Positions 25,042 through 37,515 are shown, counted from the stretch's first letter. The stretch: 64,000 bases of DNA from Octopus vulgaris (GCA_951406725.2 OX597822.1:1922001-1986000); one strand, 5' to 3'. A program made the numbers and translations. The notes: generated from the letters alone by a model not told the origin.

Positions 25042-26505
25042 ACCCTAGCTTTGCCGCTACGCATTATTTACGAAGGATTTGAAATAACAAAAACTAGTCG
25101 TACAAATCTCTCGCATCAAAATTTCGTATGTCTGTCCATGTAGTGTATAGATGGCAGCTTTTCATGATGACTAAGTAAATAGAGAAACTAAGAGGAGTTT
25201 TACAGTATGATAGAAAAAGAGCACGATTTGGTATTTAAGAAGGGTAAGGCCGGTATAATTACTTTGTTCACATAACAATGAAAACCTGACAGACTTGTGA
25301 CAATTTATCTGTCAAACGATTGTCATCAAAATGTTTATTATTTCCCATATACAATATGTTTGCCTACTTTGGGATTATATGTCGTATTCCAATAAAGAAG
25401 AAGTAATTGTGTGAGTACAGATAGGCATTGAGGTGTGCTTATATATATATACATGCACATGTACAGGCCCACTAAAAGCTGAAAGTGTTTTATTCAATGA
25501 ATAAAAGAACTGTAAATTGAGATCGAAATTAGTCATGAGGAGTCCGCTCTCCAAGGTGATTGCCCGAACCGTTGAAGCCCATAATATATGAGGAGATTAA
25601 CAAAAATAAGCAGAACATGCGCAAGGTTCAAATGTGATGATTGACAAAGAGCCACTGAAATGGGTAAGGTCATTGCAATATCGTGGAGGTACGGTAAACT
25701 TTAAGAGCACCCTTGACTGCGAAATCAATGTTAGGATGTTTGGAAAACTCTCCCATAATTTGTGGGTTGAACAACGTGCCAGTTTGAAAACTAAAATAAG
25801 TGAATAGCAATTTTGTATTTTGAGCACACTTTTATATACGGCAGAACCATGGGCTCTCTACCACAGATATATAGAGAAACTTGAAACTTTTCATATGTGC
25901 TTTCTGTTCTTCATATATGCTGTCTGTGCAATATCTACAACATAGAATAGCAAAATAAGATATCAAGTGTCGAAATCAAGAAAATGTTGCGATATCTCTA
26001 ATGTCAAAAACATTCTGCTGAGTATTCGAATAAACGATAACCGCATTCCGAAAATTATTTCGTATGATCAACAAGAAGAGTGACACCACGATAAAGGGAG
26101 ACCCGTCCTTAGGTACAAAGATAAGTTGAAGCAATCAATAAAATATCTACGGCTTAATTTAACATCTTCAGAAAGTTGTAGTGACGCCATTCTGGAAATC
26201 TTCAGCACGCATACGCAGAGTTGGATTCTTCCGGGAGGCCTGCCGGAAGTTCCCTCATGCGCATGCGCAGAAAACTAGCAGCAGCAAAATTTCCCTCGCT
26301 CGGCCTCTCGAATGCTGACAGCAGAACAGGACGGACGTGTTTTAGCAGCTCTCTCGAGCTGCACCTCGTGACGTTGCTACGCTATGCTTGAACGGACAGG
26401 ATTTGGCTCACTCCACTTGACTACTGCGACCAGCCCCTAGGCTGCCGATTCGCCCTGAAGAAGAATGTATATATATTGCGAATCAAGAAATAAGATATTT
26501 ATGCT

Positions 26506-26663
26506 TGTAAGCCATTTAAGAAACACACAAAAGCCGTTCGATTCACTTCAACATTTAAGTTTAATTTGTCAAAATATTTTCGTCGCTTTAAGACCGCGAC
26601 TTCTTCAATGACAAATATTTTGACAAATTAAACTCAAATATTGAAGTGAATCGAACGGCTTTT
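26506..26663 (-). mobile_element. 158-bp HHR-bearing inverted PLE-like insertion (H3)
   Basis: 12-bp TSD gatatttatgct (26494-26505 and 26664-26675); inverted arms ~26528-26579 / 26613-26664. Confidence 0.8.
26564..26616 (-). ncRNA. Minimal type I hammerhead motif (H3)
   Basis: Minus strand atttgtca-TTGAAGA-A-GTCGC-ggtcttaaa-GCGAC-GAAAATATTT-tgacaaat; 8-bp stem I, palindromic AATATT stem III, C3 replaced by T. Confidence 0.65.
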
Positions 26664-27179
26664 GATATTTATGCTGTTGACGTTAATCGGAAGTCTTGAC
26701 ACTTTCCTTCCATTAATATTTTAAGGTAAAGGATGAGAGCTGCATCCATCCAGTGTTACAGACCTTTTGTCTTGATACAAAGCCATTGCCGAGATCGATC
26801 TGCATGGCGTAAAATGTGTCAAAACAATTTGAGTTGCAGTAACAGGACAGTAAAAGAATTATATCCTGCAATCAACAGACACACTTGTCCAGTCCCAGAC
26901 CTAACCTAAATCATTGGTGCCCCCTTCATGACTTCATAGCAAAATCAAGTTACATTCCCGCTTCCATCACAAATCGTAAACAGATGCGGCTTCTCTTCTT
27001 TTATTTTTATAGTTGTTTTTTCTTTGTGTCACACTTTTTTCTAACTGTTTCTCCTTTAAATCACTTCCTCATACGTTGAGATCGACAGGAGTAACTGTCA
27101 TATATACGCATGTGTGTGTGTGTGTGTGCATACTTGTATGTATGTATTATGCATACGTGTGTGTATGTGTTTATTGGTG

Positions 27180-27385
27180 CATATGTTTGTGTCTGCGTTT
27201 GTGTGTATTCCCCACCACCGCTTGACAACTAATGTTGTGTATACGTCTCGGTAACTTAGCGGTTCGACAAAAACTACCGATAGTATAAGTACCAGGCTTC
27301 AAAAACTTACTTTATGGGATCTATGCTCTTGACTAAAACTCTTCAAGGTGGGACTCCAGTCTAAATAACTTTAAGACGTAAAAGA
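27180..27385 (+). mobile_element. SINE family A, 3' half
   Basis: ccaccgcttgacaac...gtaacttagcggttcgacaaaa...ataagtaccaggctt. Confidence 0.7.
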
Positions 27386-27398
27386 TAAGATATATAAA

Positions 27399-27986
27399 GG
27401 CGCAGGCGTAGCTGTGTGATAAAACGCTTCTATCCCAACCACTTGGTTCTGGGTTCAGTCCCGTTCTGTGGCAACTTCGTCAAGTGTCTTCTATTATAGC
27501 CTCGGGCCGTCTAAAGCCTTGTGAATGGTGGAGGAAAACTGAATGAAGTCCGTCGTATATATTCTTTTTTTATTATTCTTTTATTTGCTTGAGTCATTTG
27601 ACTGAGGCTATGCTGGAGCACCGCATTTAGTTCAGCAAATCGATCCTCGGACATATTCTTCGTAAGCTTAATACTTATTCTACCGGTCTTTCTTTTGCCG
27701 AACCGCTTAGTTACGAGGACGTAAGCACACCAACATCGATTGTCAATCGATGGTGGGGGTGGGAGCAAGCACAGACACACAAATACGCTCACACACACAC
27801 ACACACACAGGCATATATATATATACATATACAACGGGTTTCTTTCAGTTTCCGTTTGCCAAATCCACTTATAGAACTTTGGTCGGCTAGACCCTATAAT
27901 AGAAGACACTTGCGCAAGGTGCCATGCAGTGGGACTGAACCGGTGACCATATGGTTGGGAAGCAAGGTTCTTACCACACAGCTACT

Positions 27987-28063
<77 letters not shown>

Positions 28064-28290
28064 GTGTATTTGTGTCTGTGTTTGTCCCCCCACCAACGCT
28101 TGATAACCGCTACTGGTGTGTTTATGTCTTCCATAATTTAGCGGTTCGGTGAAAGAGACAGATACAATAAATACAAGGCTTACAAAGGATAAGTCCTGGA
28201 GTCGATTTCTTTGATTAAAACTTCTTAAAGCGCTGCTCCAGCATGACCCTATTCACATGACTGAAACGTGTAAAAGAATAAAAGAATAAA
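27399..28290 (+). mobile_element. SINE family A split by an antisense SINE A
   Basis: 5' half at 27399-27560 and 3' half at 28061-28290, with a minus-strand copy between them. Confidence 0.75.
27575..27989 (-). mobile_element. SINE family A, full length (nested)
   Basis: Reverse complement of the consensus from tail to head. Confidence 0.85.
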
Positions 28291-28545
28291 AGTTTAGTGC
28301 TGGGCCAAAACATTGAATGCCAGAAGAGAGATTCGAAATGAAGAGCCAAATGTGTCTCTGGTGCCCGAGTGGGGCGGGTACGAGACTTCGTAGCTACGAG
28401 GAATAGCAGTCATTTTATTAGTGATAGAAGGAGACGACATGCAGAGGCTGGAGAGCAGCCGTTAGTTACCTTTTTGTTCTCGATTTTATTTCAACATGCC
28501 AGTGACGGATAGAGTGGAGGCAAGCTAAAAGAACTTGAGCATTAA

Positions 28546-28782
28546 AACTAAACAATCGCATTTACTCGATGATTCAATTCAATTAAAATTTGAACGAAAG
28601 AAACTGGAACTGCACCTTATATTCGGTAAGTATTGTGATCAGTATTGGCATGTTTCGGTTTTATAAAACCTCCTCAGAACAGGATAGACTTACTACAAGT
28701 TATAAGTCTCTAGATGCCGGGTTTCGCACTCTATTGCTTGTACTCATTCGCAATAACTCGATAATTCAAATCAATTAAAATA
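28546..28782 (-). mobile_element. Retrozyme-like ~190-nt unit (H4) with partial tandem repeat
   Basis: aatcgcatttactcgatgattcaattcaattaaaat recurs ~192 bp later; carries an HHR; second copy at 29878-30090. Confidence 0.6.
28643..28681 (-). ncRNA. Minimal hammerhead motif, H4 copy 1
   Basis: Minus strand tgtt-CTGAGGA-GGTTTTATAAAACC-GAAAC-AT-GCC-aata; cleavage triplet mutated. Confidence 0.55.
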
Positions 28783-29629
28783 CTACGGGTTTTTTTTATT
28801 AACTGTGCAGCAAGTAAGGTATATAGATGGGTGTTGCCAGTGACCACTAAAGAAGTGGACGAAACAGATATACTCGGAATACAATAGCTGTTGTTCCTGT
28901 GCATTTATGTACCGCCAGTACATAAAACAATTCGCCACGAAACAGAGGAAACAAGATAGGGGAACTTATCTTATAAAGCTACGGTTTGTAACTCGAATTG
29001 GTTACCAGATTATTGGTAGAATTAAGTAAGCCTGTGACATATTGTAGGCTACAAAATTAGAAGAAATTCAATCACGGTGGTGTACAAATTAAATTTTAAT
29101 GAAGGAAGGTGTATAATGATTTAATTATTTCCCTGTACATCTGTAATATTTTAATTTAGTAAACCCTTTGATGAACGTAAAGGAAAGTTGAAGTCAGTGA
29201 AATTTGATACTTCAACGAAGAGAGCTGAATGCAAATGTGAATCTTTCTTGTCATACATCTACAACGTATGATGATGTCTTCTAAAATAATGGCATCGTGG
29301 GTTGGAAGAGTAGGATAGAGGGACGAATTTGTACGACAAAAGAAAAATGCTGTAAACAAAGGTCAACATAATTAATATAATGAGTCAAAAATATTTCCCA
29401 GTTACTTACGCAGTCATTAAATTTTTACTTGTAATTGTTAGTTGAAGTAAGACTTAGGCGAAAACACCCAAATAGAGGGGTTAGGGTTAGGGTCGCTTCC
29501 GTTGTTAGAAATATCGGTTAAACCTCCTCAAATCTCACTCTAACATCTAAAAAAGGAATGGACATGCCTCGCCTGAGATACACGCATCGTCGAATCGTTT
29601 GTAATCATAGATATGTTCAGTCAGAAAGC

Positions 29630-29858
29630 GTCGAGCTGGCAGAACCGTTAGCACGTCGGACGAATGCGTAGCCGTATTTCGTCTGCCGTTATGTTCTCAG
29701 TTCAAATTCCGCCGATGTCGACTTTCCCTTTCATCCTTTCGGGATCGATAATTTAAGTACCAGTTACGCACTGGTGTCGATGTAATCAACTTAATCCGTT
29801 TGTCTGTCCTTGTTTGTCCCCTCTGTGTTTAGCCCCTTGTGGGTAGTAAAGAAACAGA
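29630..29858 (+). mobile_element. SINE family B
   Basis: gagctggcagaaccgttagc...ttcaaattccgccg...cctttcatcctttcgggatcgataatttaagtaccag. Confidence 0.9.
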
Positions 29859-29877
29859 TATGTTCACTCAGAGTGAA

Positions 29878-30090
29878 ACAAATTAAACAATCGCAATGAC
29901 TCGATAATTCAAATAAATTAAAATATAAACACGAGTAATTGGAAGCGAGCTTATATTTGGCAAGTACTGTAATAGCTATTGACGTGTTTCGGTATTATTA
30001 AACTTCTTCAGCACAGGATAATATTACTATGACTTACAAGAACCTAGATGTTGGGTTTCGCACTGCACTGCTTTCACCCATTCAATTTAT
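29878..30090 (-). mobile_element. H4 unit, copy 2
   Basis: Colinear with 28546-28750. Confidence 0.6.
29976..30016 (-). ncRNA. Minimal hammerhead motif, H4 copy 2
   Basis: Minus strand ctgtg-CTGAAGA-AGTTTAATAATACC-GAAAC-AC-GTC-aatag; intact core and GUC, weakened stems. Confidence 0.55.
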
Positions 30091-31234
30091 AATTAATTTC
30101 GATTTCAGAATTGTCTCTCCTGTATTTTTTGACCAGAATTAGCCATTAAAGGTAGAGATTATCCCCCATCAATACTTGTGTAATTTTAATTAATTGGATA
30201 TATATTTGGTCACTATATAATGTACGTTAACTGGAACTTAACTATGTGTTTTTGTTTTTACCTTTTTGTATTTTTTTTTATTGAGAAACCACCTTTGTGT
30301 CTCCTCGCCATTTACTGTGAGAAATCATGCCACTATCAAAGTTTATTCGGTGGAACTATTTCATAAGCCTCAGTTACAAAACAACTAGAAGTTATTGGTA
30401 ATACCATGCTTAGGGGACGAGATCTGAAAAGCGCAGACCATGCTTGAGCTGATAATGTATTTGCTACAGATAACATTAACACCTCCCAACTGTTAACGTT
30501 TAATCAACTTGGATTTAAATGTTCCCTCTTTTGTTTTCCTTGACCAGCTAATTAATTTTTCTTGCCATTCTGCATGCAATTTTAATTAAATGGACATTTT
30601 CCCGTTTTTTTTCTTTACTTTAATTACAATGGCTTCTATATAACCTATTATTCATAAGATTAGCAGAAGATCACATATTTCTCTGTCGATGATAAAGATG
30701 GTAGTACTGAACTGGTATTTATCGAATTTATAAATAGATAAGTATAACTTAAACGTGACAAAATACCGCTAAAAATTTCGTCCGCTGTTTTTCCAATTCT
30801 ACCTTATTCCCCTTCATATATATCAACATATAATCCATACCACAAGATCTAGTGGAAGGTTTGTATTTTGAATCTCTAAAAGCATCTTGTTATTAGAGTG
30901 TGTAAGTATTATGCAGAAACTTAAGAAGGAAGCACATATCTTGTTATCATATATCAGGAAAAAAAATTAAGTCTTATATCACAAAAAAAAACAACAACAG
31001 TTCGTTCTATATCAAAGTTTTTGGGAACGATACAAGATAAAGACATCAAATATATAGTATGAATATTAATAACCAACCATATTCGGTCGAAATATAAGAT
31101 ATCTTACATATGGGATATCTCATCCACATACAATTTTAAGCAGAAAGTAATTAGAATTTTTGTAATATGTGCTTAGTTATTCATAGATAGAGTTTTCGGG
31201 AGTCGAGTATAATCGGTTGATAGTGGAGCAATAC

Positions 31235-31281
<47 letters not shown>

Positions 31282-31285
<4 letters not shown>

Positions 31286-31775
31286 AAACTTACTTGGGGG
31301 AAGACGCGTACGTTCAATCATATAATAACAATTTAATAAATAAAGCATATGCATACATACATACATAAATGTACATACCTACATCTATATGTATATATAC
31401 ATGCATTAATGGGTACAGGGCACCACAAAAAAGCATAGAACCGCAAACAAATTTTTATTTAATTCGCTTTGCGGGAAGGATTGTTTCAACGTAGTCGTGT
31501 TCTGCCCTTACCTTCGAAACACGCATTGAGTCGAAACAGGGGCAGCTGAAGAAGGGGAATGTTCCTTGTGTTGTATGTCTTGTACTCTATTTTTTCGTTG
31601 TTAAAAAAAAAGTCCGTTTCCTTGTTTTGTTTTTATGTTTTCGTTACTCGTTGTGTTCTACGCGTTTTGGTGGTGTCCTTTACTCATATATATATGTATA
31701 TATACATATATATGTAGGTATGTACATTTATGTATTTATGTGTGCATATGTTTTATTTATTAAATTGTTATTATA
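31282..31775. mobile_element. Inverted-duplicated (TA)n-flanked element related in layout to family X
   Basis: Arms 31321-31441 / 31655-31775; left arm has a ~39-nt extra tail; spacer contains cgaaac...ctgaagaagggg. Confidence 0.65.
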
Positions 31776-32549
31776 TATATCAATGCCATAGAATATTCTT
31801 AAAGTAGGTAACAGCAAAATTTTCAATTGCTCCCCATTCAGTCACCTGTATATATGCATAGAGGTCAATTATGTTTTCATATTTGGTTAATACGCTACCT
31901 GAGTAAAATTTAGGATCATTGAATGAATTGGGAAGATATTAACACGACACTCTCTTTTTGGAATCTGTTTTCAACTCCTTGAAACCATATATACTGCTGG
32001 GGTCTCGAATATAATGGCTTTTTATCCCCACCCGCCTTTTTTTAATCTCCTCATATAATATGGGTTTCAACCGATCGTGCAATCACACTAGAGAAAGGAC
32101 TTCCGGTGACTAATTTCGATCTCAAGTTACAGTTCTTTAATTAACTGAATCAAAGATATCTTTTAGGAGAAGGAAGCACATTTTGCAGTCCGATTTATCA
32201 GTACCACCCGGCGTATCGGTTGATGCCCAAAGCGAAAAGCATGCTGGTGCAAGCATTCAGACCAGGCTTCCATCTCCAGATTGCTGAGATCTTTCCAGGT
32301 AGAGTGACACTTTCCGCCTGATTCACGATGTAACCAAAAATATAGAATTAATCATGTAGTAAATTTCCCTCGTCTTCTCAAACATCTACGAATTTCACTA
32401 AAGACTAGAACCTACACATACCCACATAAAAACCATGTTTCTAACTTCTCTCCGACACAGAAACAACTAAACGCCTATCTACAAACACTTTCGGCACTCC
32501 AGACTACAGTTTCTATACAAATTTCTCCCTATAAGGGGATGCTTGATTA

Positions 32550-32768
32550 CGAAGGAGTGCTCAAAAGTTCATGGCTTTGAGTAAAAGAAAATACAGGAGG
32601 ATCAGTTATTTATGATTTTACGCCACATATTCCCCTCTCAGGTCCACACTCTTAATGAAGCGGTCCAAGAGTTTTTTTTTAACCCTGTAAAAGAACTCGG
32701 AAATTTGGTCCCCCAGTCAGGCCTTTTATGATACCCTTAAAGTAAGGAACTTTTCAGCATCCCCTTCG
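32550..32768. mobile_element. Mariner-like MITE, copy 2
   Basis: TA-cgaaggagtgctcaaaagttc... / ...gaacttttcagcatccccttcg-TA. Confidence 0.8.
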
Positions 32769-33463
32769 TATATACAAACTCCAATCATCATGCAACACAT
32801 CTATCTTACCTAGATAGCAGCGAACACGAATTTTCATTTGATCTGGCTGAAACCTGCGCTAAAACACTAGCAATACCCAACACCAAGCTTGCACAAGCCT
32901 CTCTGTTCTGTCCTTCAAAAAAGCATCAAATCTAGCTTGCAGCAACTATGTGCAGTGTCCCTTCTTCCAAAACCACTGAAAACAAGAACAAAAAAAAGTA
33001 TGACAGCCAGAAAGCAATATACTATTTTCTCCATGAACTGTAGACCTCATGACTTTTTCGGAAATCAATATTCTATTTACGTGTAAAATTAACTGTACAG
33101 AGCACATATATATTTACATCATATCAAGAGATTTATAATCTATAGCACTTATAAAATTATACGTAGTATAGTTCTATATATAGACTATTGTATTTATAGA
33201 CATCGGCAGACGTACGGTCTTAAGATTGTTTTCTATAAACATGTTCTGATATCTGTATGAATATTTATACATACATACTAGTTTATTATAATACCGAAAC
33301 ATACACGTATAAATATAAACCCGAATACAACACTTCTGTGTATTTGTGAATGTATGTATGTATATATGTGTGTCAGTGTGTTTCATATACATACATACAC
33401 ATATGCATACATACACACATACATACATACATATGTATGTATCACACACAAACGGCCGCACAG

Positions 33464-33517
<54 letters not shown>

Positions 33518-33630
33518 CTAGCTAGATAGATAGATAAATAGATAGACAGACAGCCGTTATGCCTACCGCGCAAACATGAGAAAAAAGAGCCCAAATCCGG
33601 TAGCAATGAAAAATTCCAAAGTAAATTGTT

Positions 33631-33780
<150 letters not shown>

Positions 33781-33946
33781 TGGCGCAAGATTTAAGTAGC
33801 TCCAGCTGCAAGTATTTAAGCGTAGCGATTGCATGGGATGACAGCGTTCTACGCTATAGAACAAAGCAAGGAAGAAATGATACTCTCGGAAGCTGCAATA
33901 CCCTGGCCAGCTCCGGCAGTCGACAGCTCCAGAAATCACTGCAAGC

Positions 33947-34003
<57 letters not shown>

Positions 34004-34139
34004 ACACCCCCCTTCCTCCTTCCTTCTTTCTTTTTTTCTTTCTTTCTCTCACGTTCTCTCACTCTCTCACTCTCTCACTCTCTCTCTTGCCGTGTGCACA
34101 TACACACATATACATATATACACACACGCACATAAATAC

Positions 34140-34178
<39 letters not shown>

Positions 34179-34180
<2 letters not shown>

Positions 34181-34325
34181 CGCAGGAGTGGTTGTGTGGT
34201 AAGTAGCTTGCTTACCAACCACATGGCTACAGGTTCAGTCCCACTGCGTGACACTATATCCTCGGGCCGAACAAAACCTTGTGAGTGGATTTGGTAGACG
34301 GAAATTGAAAGAAGCTCGTCGTATA
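34179..34325 (+). mobile_element. SINE family A, 5' half with internal deletion
   Basis: ggcgcaggagtggttgtgtggtaag...gaagctcgtcgta then (TA)(TG)n. Confidence 0.85.
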
Positions 34326-34342
34326 TATATATATGTGTGTGT

Positions 34343-34396
<54 letters not shown>

Positions 34397-35512
34397 ATGT
34401 CCGTGTGTATTTACATTTTGCTTCACGCACGCACCACTCCTTTGCACCATTACCTACGGAGTGTCTAATTTCTCTTGAAATAGTAGTTACACACCCACAC
34501 TGCAAACAAATATGCAGGATTGTCACGGCTGGAATGCCTCTGGTGATAGGTGTGGTACTGCTTCAAGACAGGCCTATTCTGTTAAGTATCAACTGCTGAT
34601 ATCACAGCCGCACCTTCACACTTGCATACAAAGTATCATGCGCTCTACATGGTCATAGTGCTGGCTAAAAATAGCAGTCAAACTTTCCGTAAATTACACA
34701 CTGCTCTCTTATTATAATGGACACATTAGGTAATATAACGTGATATAACGATCAAAGGCAGATTAGTCATCGTATGAATGTTCCATCAAAAATAACAACA
34801 ACAACAACAACAACATCAGAACCTACGTTTCTGTATGCATACCTATATAGGTAGAAATATACTTAAAACCGATGAGGATATATCCTGGATAAACGAATCG
34901 GTATCCAATGACTAAGTATTAGTCACAGAATAACTATGATATCATAGGCAAAAAATTATAAATCAGCCAGTCAAATTTCGCGTGGAAAAAGAGATAAAAA
35001 TATCGTGCCGATTTCATATCAGCCGGATATTGAAAGGAATATTATTCAATGACGTCACTAGCTTGAACAGCCAATCAAAAGTTCCCCAAAATTGTTTACA
35101 CATATTCGAGTGCAAGTGTAAATTAATAAAGAAAAATAAAAGATTTCGGAGAGAATTCGGTGTAAGCTATTGTTCACGGTGACGCATCATAGGCTTACAA
35201 GATTTTGGTGATTGGTAAACCAAAATTACATCCGGTAACGATTACATTAATTTATTCACCTTTGCAGCCGTTTTCTCTCACGTGATTTAAAAGCTATTTT
35301 ACATGTGACGTTCTCATTTAGCAAAGAAAATAAAAACAGAAACCAGAAACCCATAACTTTTGCAGACTTTTTTTTATGTTTGTAATTTTATAATAGGAAC
35401 AGCGTTTTTCGGGAGTGTGTTCCAGAGGGTATAGTTATGGGGAGAAAGGGTTAATCAAAATGGGTTTCGAAAGGGATATACAATACAGGTGATGAGTAGA
35501 GAAAAATGCATA

Positions 35513-35735
35513 CAAGGGGCTGCTGGAAAGTTCCTGGCCATGAGTAATGAAAAACACAAGAAGATCAGTTGATTATGAATTTATTCATCATATTCCCCAC
35601 TCAGATTCACACATATATTGGAGTGGCCCTTCAGTTTTTCTAAGCCCTGTGAAAGGACTCGGAATGTTGGGTCTCCAACAAGGCCTTTCGCGATACCCTT
35701 AAGGCCAGGAACTGTTCAGCCCACCCACCCCCTTG
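35513..35735. mobile_element. Mariner-like MITE, copy 3
   Basis: caaggggctgctggaaagttcctggcc / ggccaggaactgttcagccc...cccttg. Confidence 0.8.
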
Positions 35736-35824
35736 CATATGGATTAAGTCTGATTTGATGTCATGCACTGCGTACTCGTTTAGATGCATGGGGTATAGAG
35801 CGGTTTCAATATAAAGGATACCCA

Positions 35825-36045
35825 TGGCAGTGAACTGACTGAATCATTACCGAGCCGAGCAAAATGCTTAACAAGCATTTCGTCCGCCTTTACGTTTTGG
35901 GTTCAAATTCCACCCCGGTCGACGTTAACTTTTGTCCCGTCGGAGGTTGATAAAAGAAGTACCAGTTGAACACTGGGGTCGATGTAAATCAAATTACACC
36001 CTCCCTCGAAATTGCTGGCCTTGTGTCAAAATTTGAAAGTAATAT
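35825..36045 (+). mobile_element. SINE family B-related, degenerate
   Basis: ggttcaaattccacc...aagtaccagttgaacactggggtcgatgtaa. Confidence 0.65.
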
Positions 36046-36445
36046 AAAAGACACCGAGATAGATCCAAAATGCCACCGTTTGAGCAGTTGCAACCTGTTT
36101 AGCGACAGAACGTTTTCCGATGTTTTGGATGCTCCTGGCAGACATCAAGAATATGTTTTGGGCCGCACGTTCCTGTGTTCAATGCCTATCGCAACCCACA
36201 GTATCCACAGAGGCTGCACTCAATGTCTTTCCTTCTATGGGGCACCGGATATCGTGGAAAAGTTGAGTGCGTTTCTTTTTCTCTTATTCTTTTACTTGTT
36301 TCAGTCATTTGACTGCGGCCATACAGGAGCATCGCTTTGAAACATTTTTGATCGAATGCATCGACTCCCAAAACTTATAATTTTATGCCTAATACGGGGG
36401 CCTAAAGACATCAGTGAACACCTGTTGTCAAGCGGTGAAGAGGGA

Positions 36446-36494
<49 letters not shown>

Positions 36495-36853
36495 ACACAT
36501 ACACACACACACACGCACATATGCGTATATATATATAAATTTAAATAATAAGAATAAAAAATTGAATATTTATTTGATTAATATCTATTTAAACCAGTGG
36601 CCTAGCATACTGAAAAAAATCTGAAGATATCAGAAAATCTATATTACATACATATAAGAGGGGTGACCACGAAGTGGACATCCAATGAGATAGATGTATA
36701 CCCCCGCCATATGGTCTGACACCTATGAAAAAAATGTTCTCAAGAAAATTCAGCAAACGCCAGAACGCAAGACAAAAGAAATGATACAAAATATAAAGAT
36801 TAGTCACATACCAGGTTTCATTGTTACCACTTACATAATTACATACGCAATTG

Positions 36854-37111
36854 TGAATGAAGAAGGAGACCAGTGGTTCTCAGACGGTGTTCCACAGGTT
36901 GTGTCCAGGTGCGCTTGATCATACGTTTTAGAAAATACTCGCTTACGTTTTGGTGTTTGCTGAATTTTCTTGAGAATAATCTTTTCTTAGTGGTCAGGCC
37001 ATATGGGGTCTACATCTAGCATATTAGATGACCACTTAATGGTCATCCCTCTTATATATGTGAGTGTGTGTGTGTGTATGTATGTATGTAAGTGTATATA
37101 TATATATATAA

Positions 37112-37146
<35 letters not shown>

Positions 37147-37515
37147 CTCTGGGCTTTTTTCATTCTACCAAATCCATCCACAAGGCTTTGGTGGGCTCAA
37201 GGCTATAGTTAAAGACACCTGTTCAAGATGCCACGCAGTGAGACTAAATCTAGTGCCATGTGGTTGGAAATAAGATCCATACAACACAGCCACCCCTGCG
37301 CCTAGGGGAAGTTTCTTAATATATTTAAATTTCTTTTCCTTGAAACTGTTTCTTTATTGTTTCAAACTTGTCGATGATATATCAAATTCATGAATAAATT
37401 GATTTTGTAAGTCAGTCCAGTATTTAATAGGAATTTTCTAAAACGTGTGATAAAGCGCACCTAGACACTGCCTCTGGAAAACCGTCTGAGAACCACTGGT
37501 GTCCTGCTTCATTCA
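36854..37515. mobile_element. MITE-like element with ~80-bp imperfect TIRs, containing a SINE A fragment (37150-37303, minus)
   Basis: tgaatgaagaaggagaccagtggttctcagacgg...gttttagaaaat versus attttctaaaac...ccgtctgagaaccactggtgtcctgcttcattca. Confidence 0.6.

Larger units (their letters stand above)
26177..26779. mobile_element. Solo LTR (Gypsy-like)
   Basis: TGTA...TACA termini; 4-bp near-TSD aagt/aagc; its removal restores the RTE frame. Confidence 0.7.
25620..26900 (+). mobile_element. Degraded RTE-clade LINE 3' region, split by a solo LTR
   Basis: IDKEPLKWVRSLQYRGGT, YTAEPWALY, DNRIPKII, GRPVLRYKDKLKQS...SES | HCRDRSAWRKMC rejoins in frame once 26177-26783 is removed. Confidence 0.8.

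Noticed and set aside
26447-26490. CTGAAGA...GAAT in the solo LTR as a hammerhead
   Set aside because: No GAAA-stem III-UH; better explained as a gattcgc/gcgaatc hairpin
29140-29365. Minus-strand exon after a strong acceptor-like ttgacctttgtttacag
   Set aside because: No convincing donor or recognisable reading frame; cannot be supported without RNA data
29477-29493. Telomeric TTAGGG repeats
   Set aside because: Only two full units; too short to call an interstitial telomere
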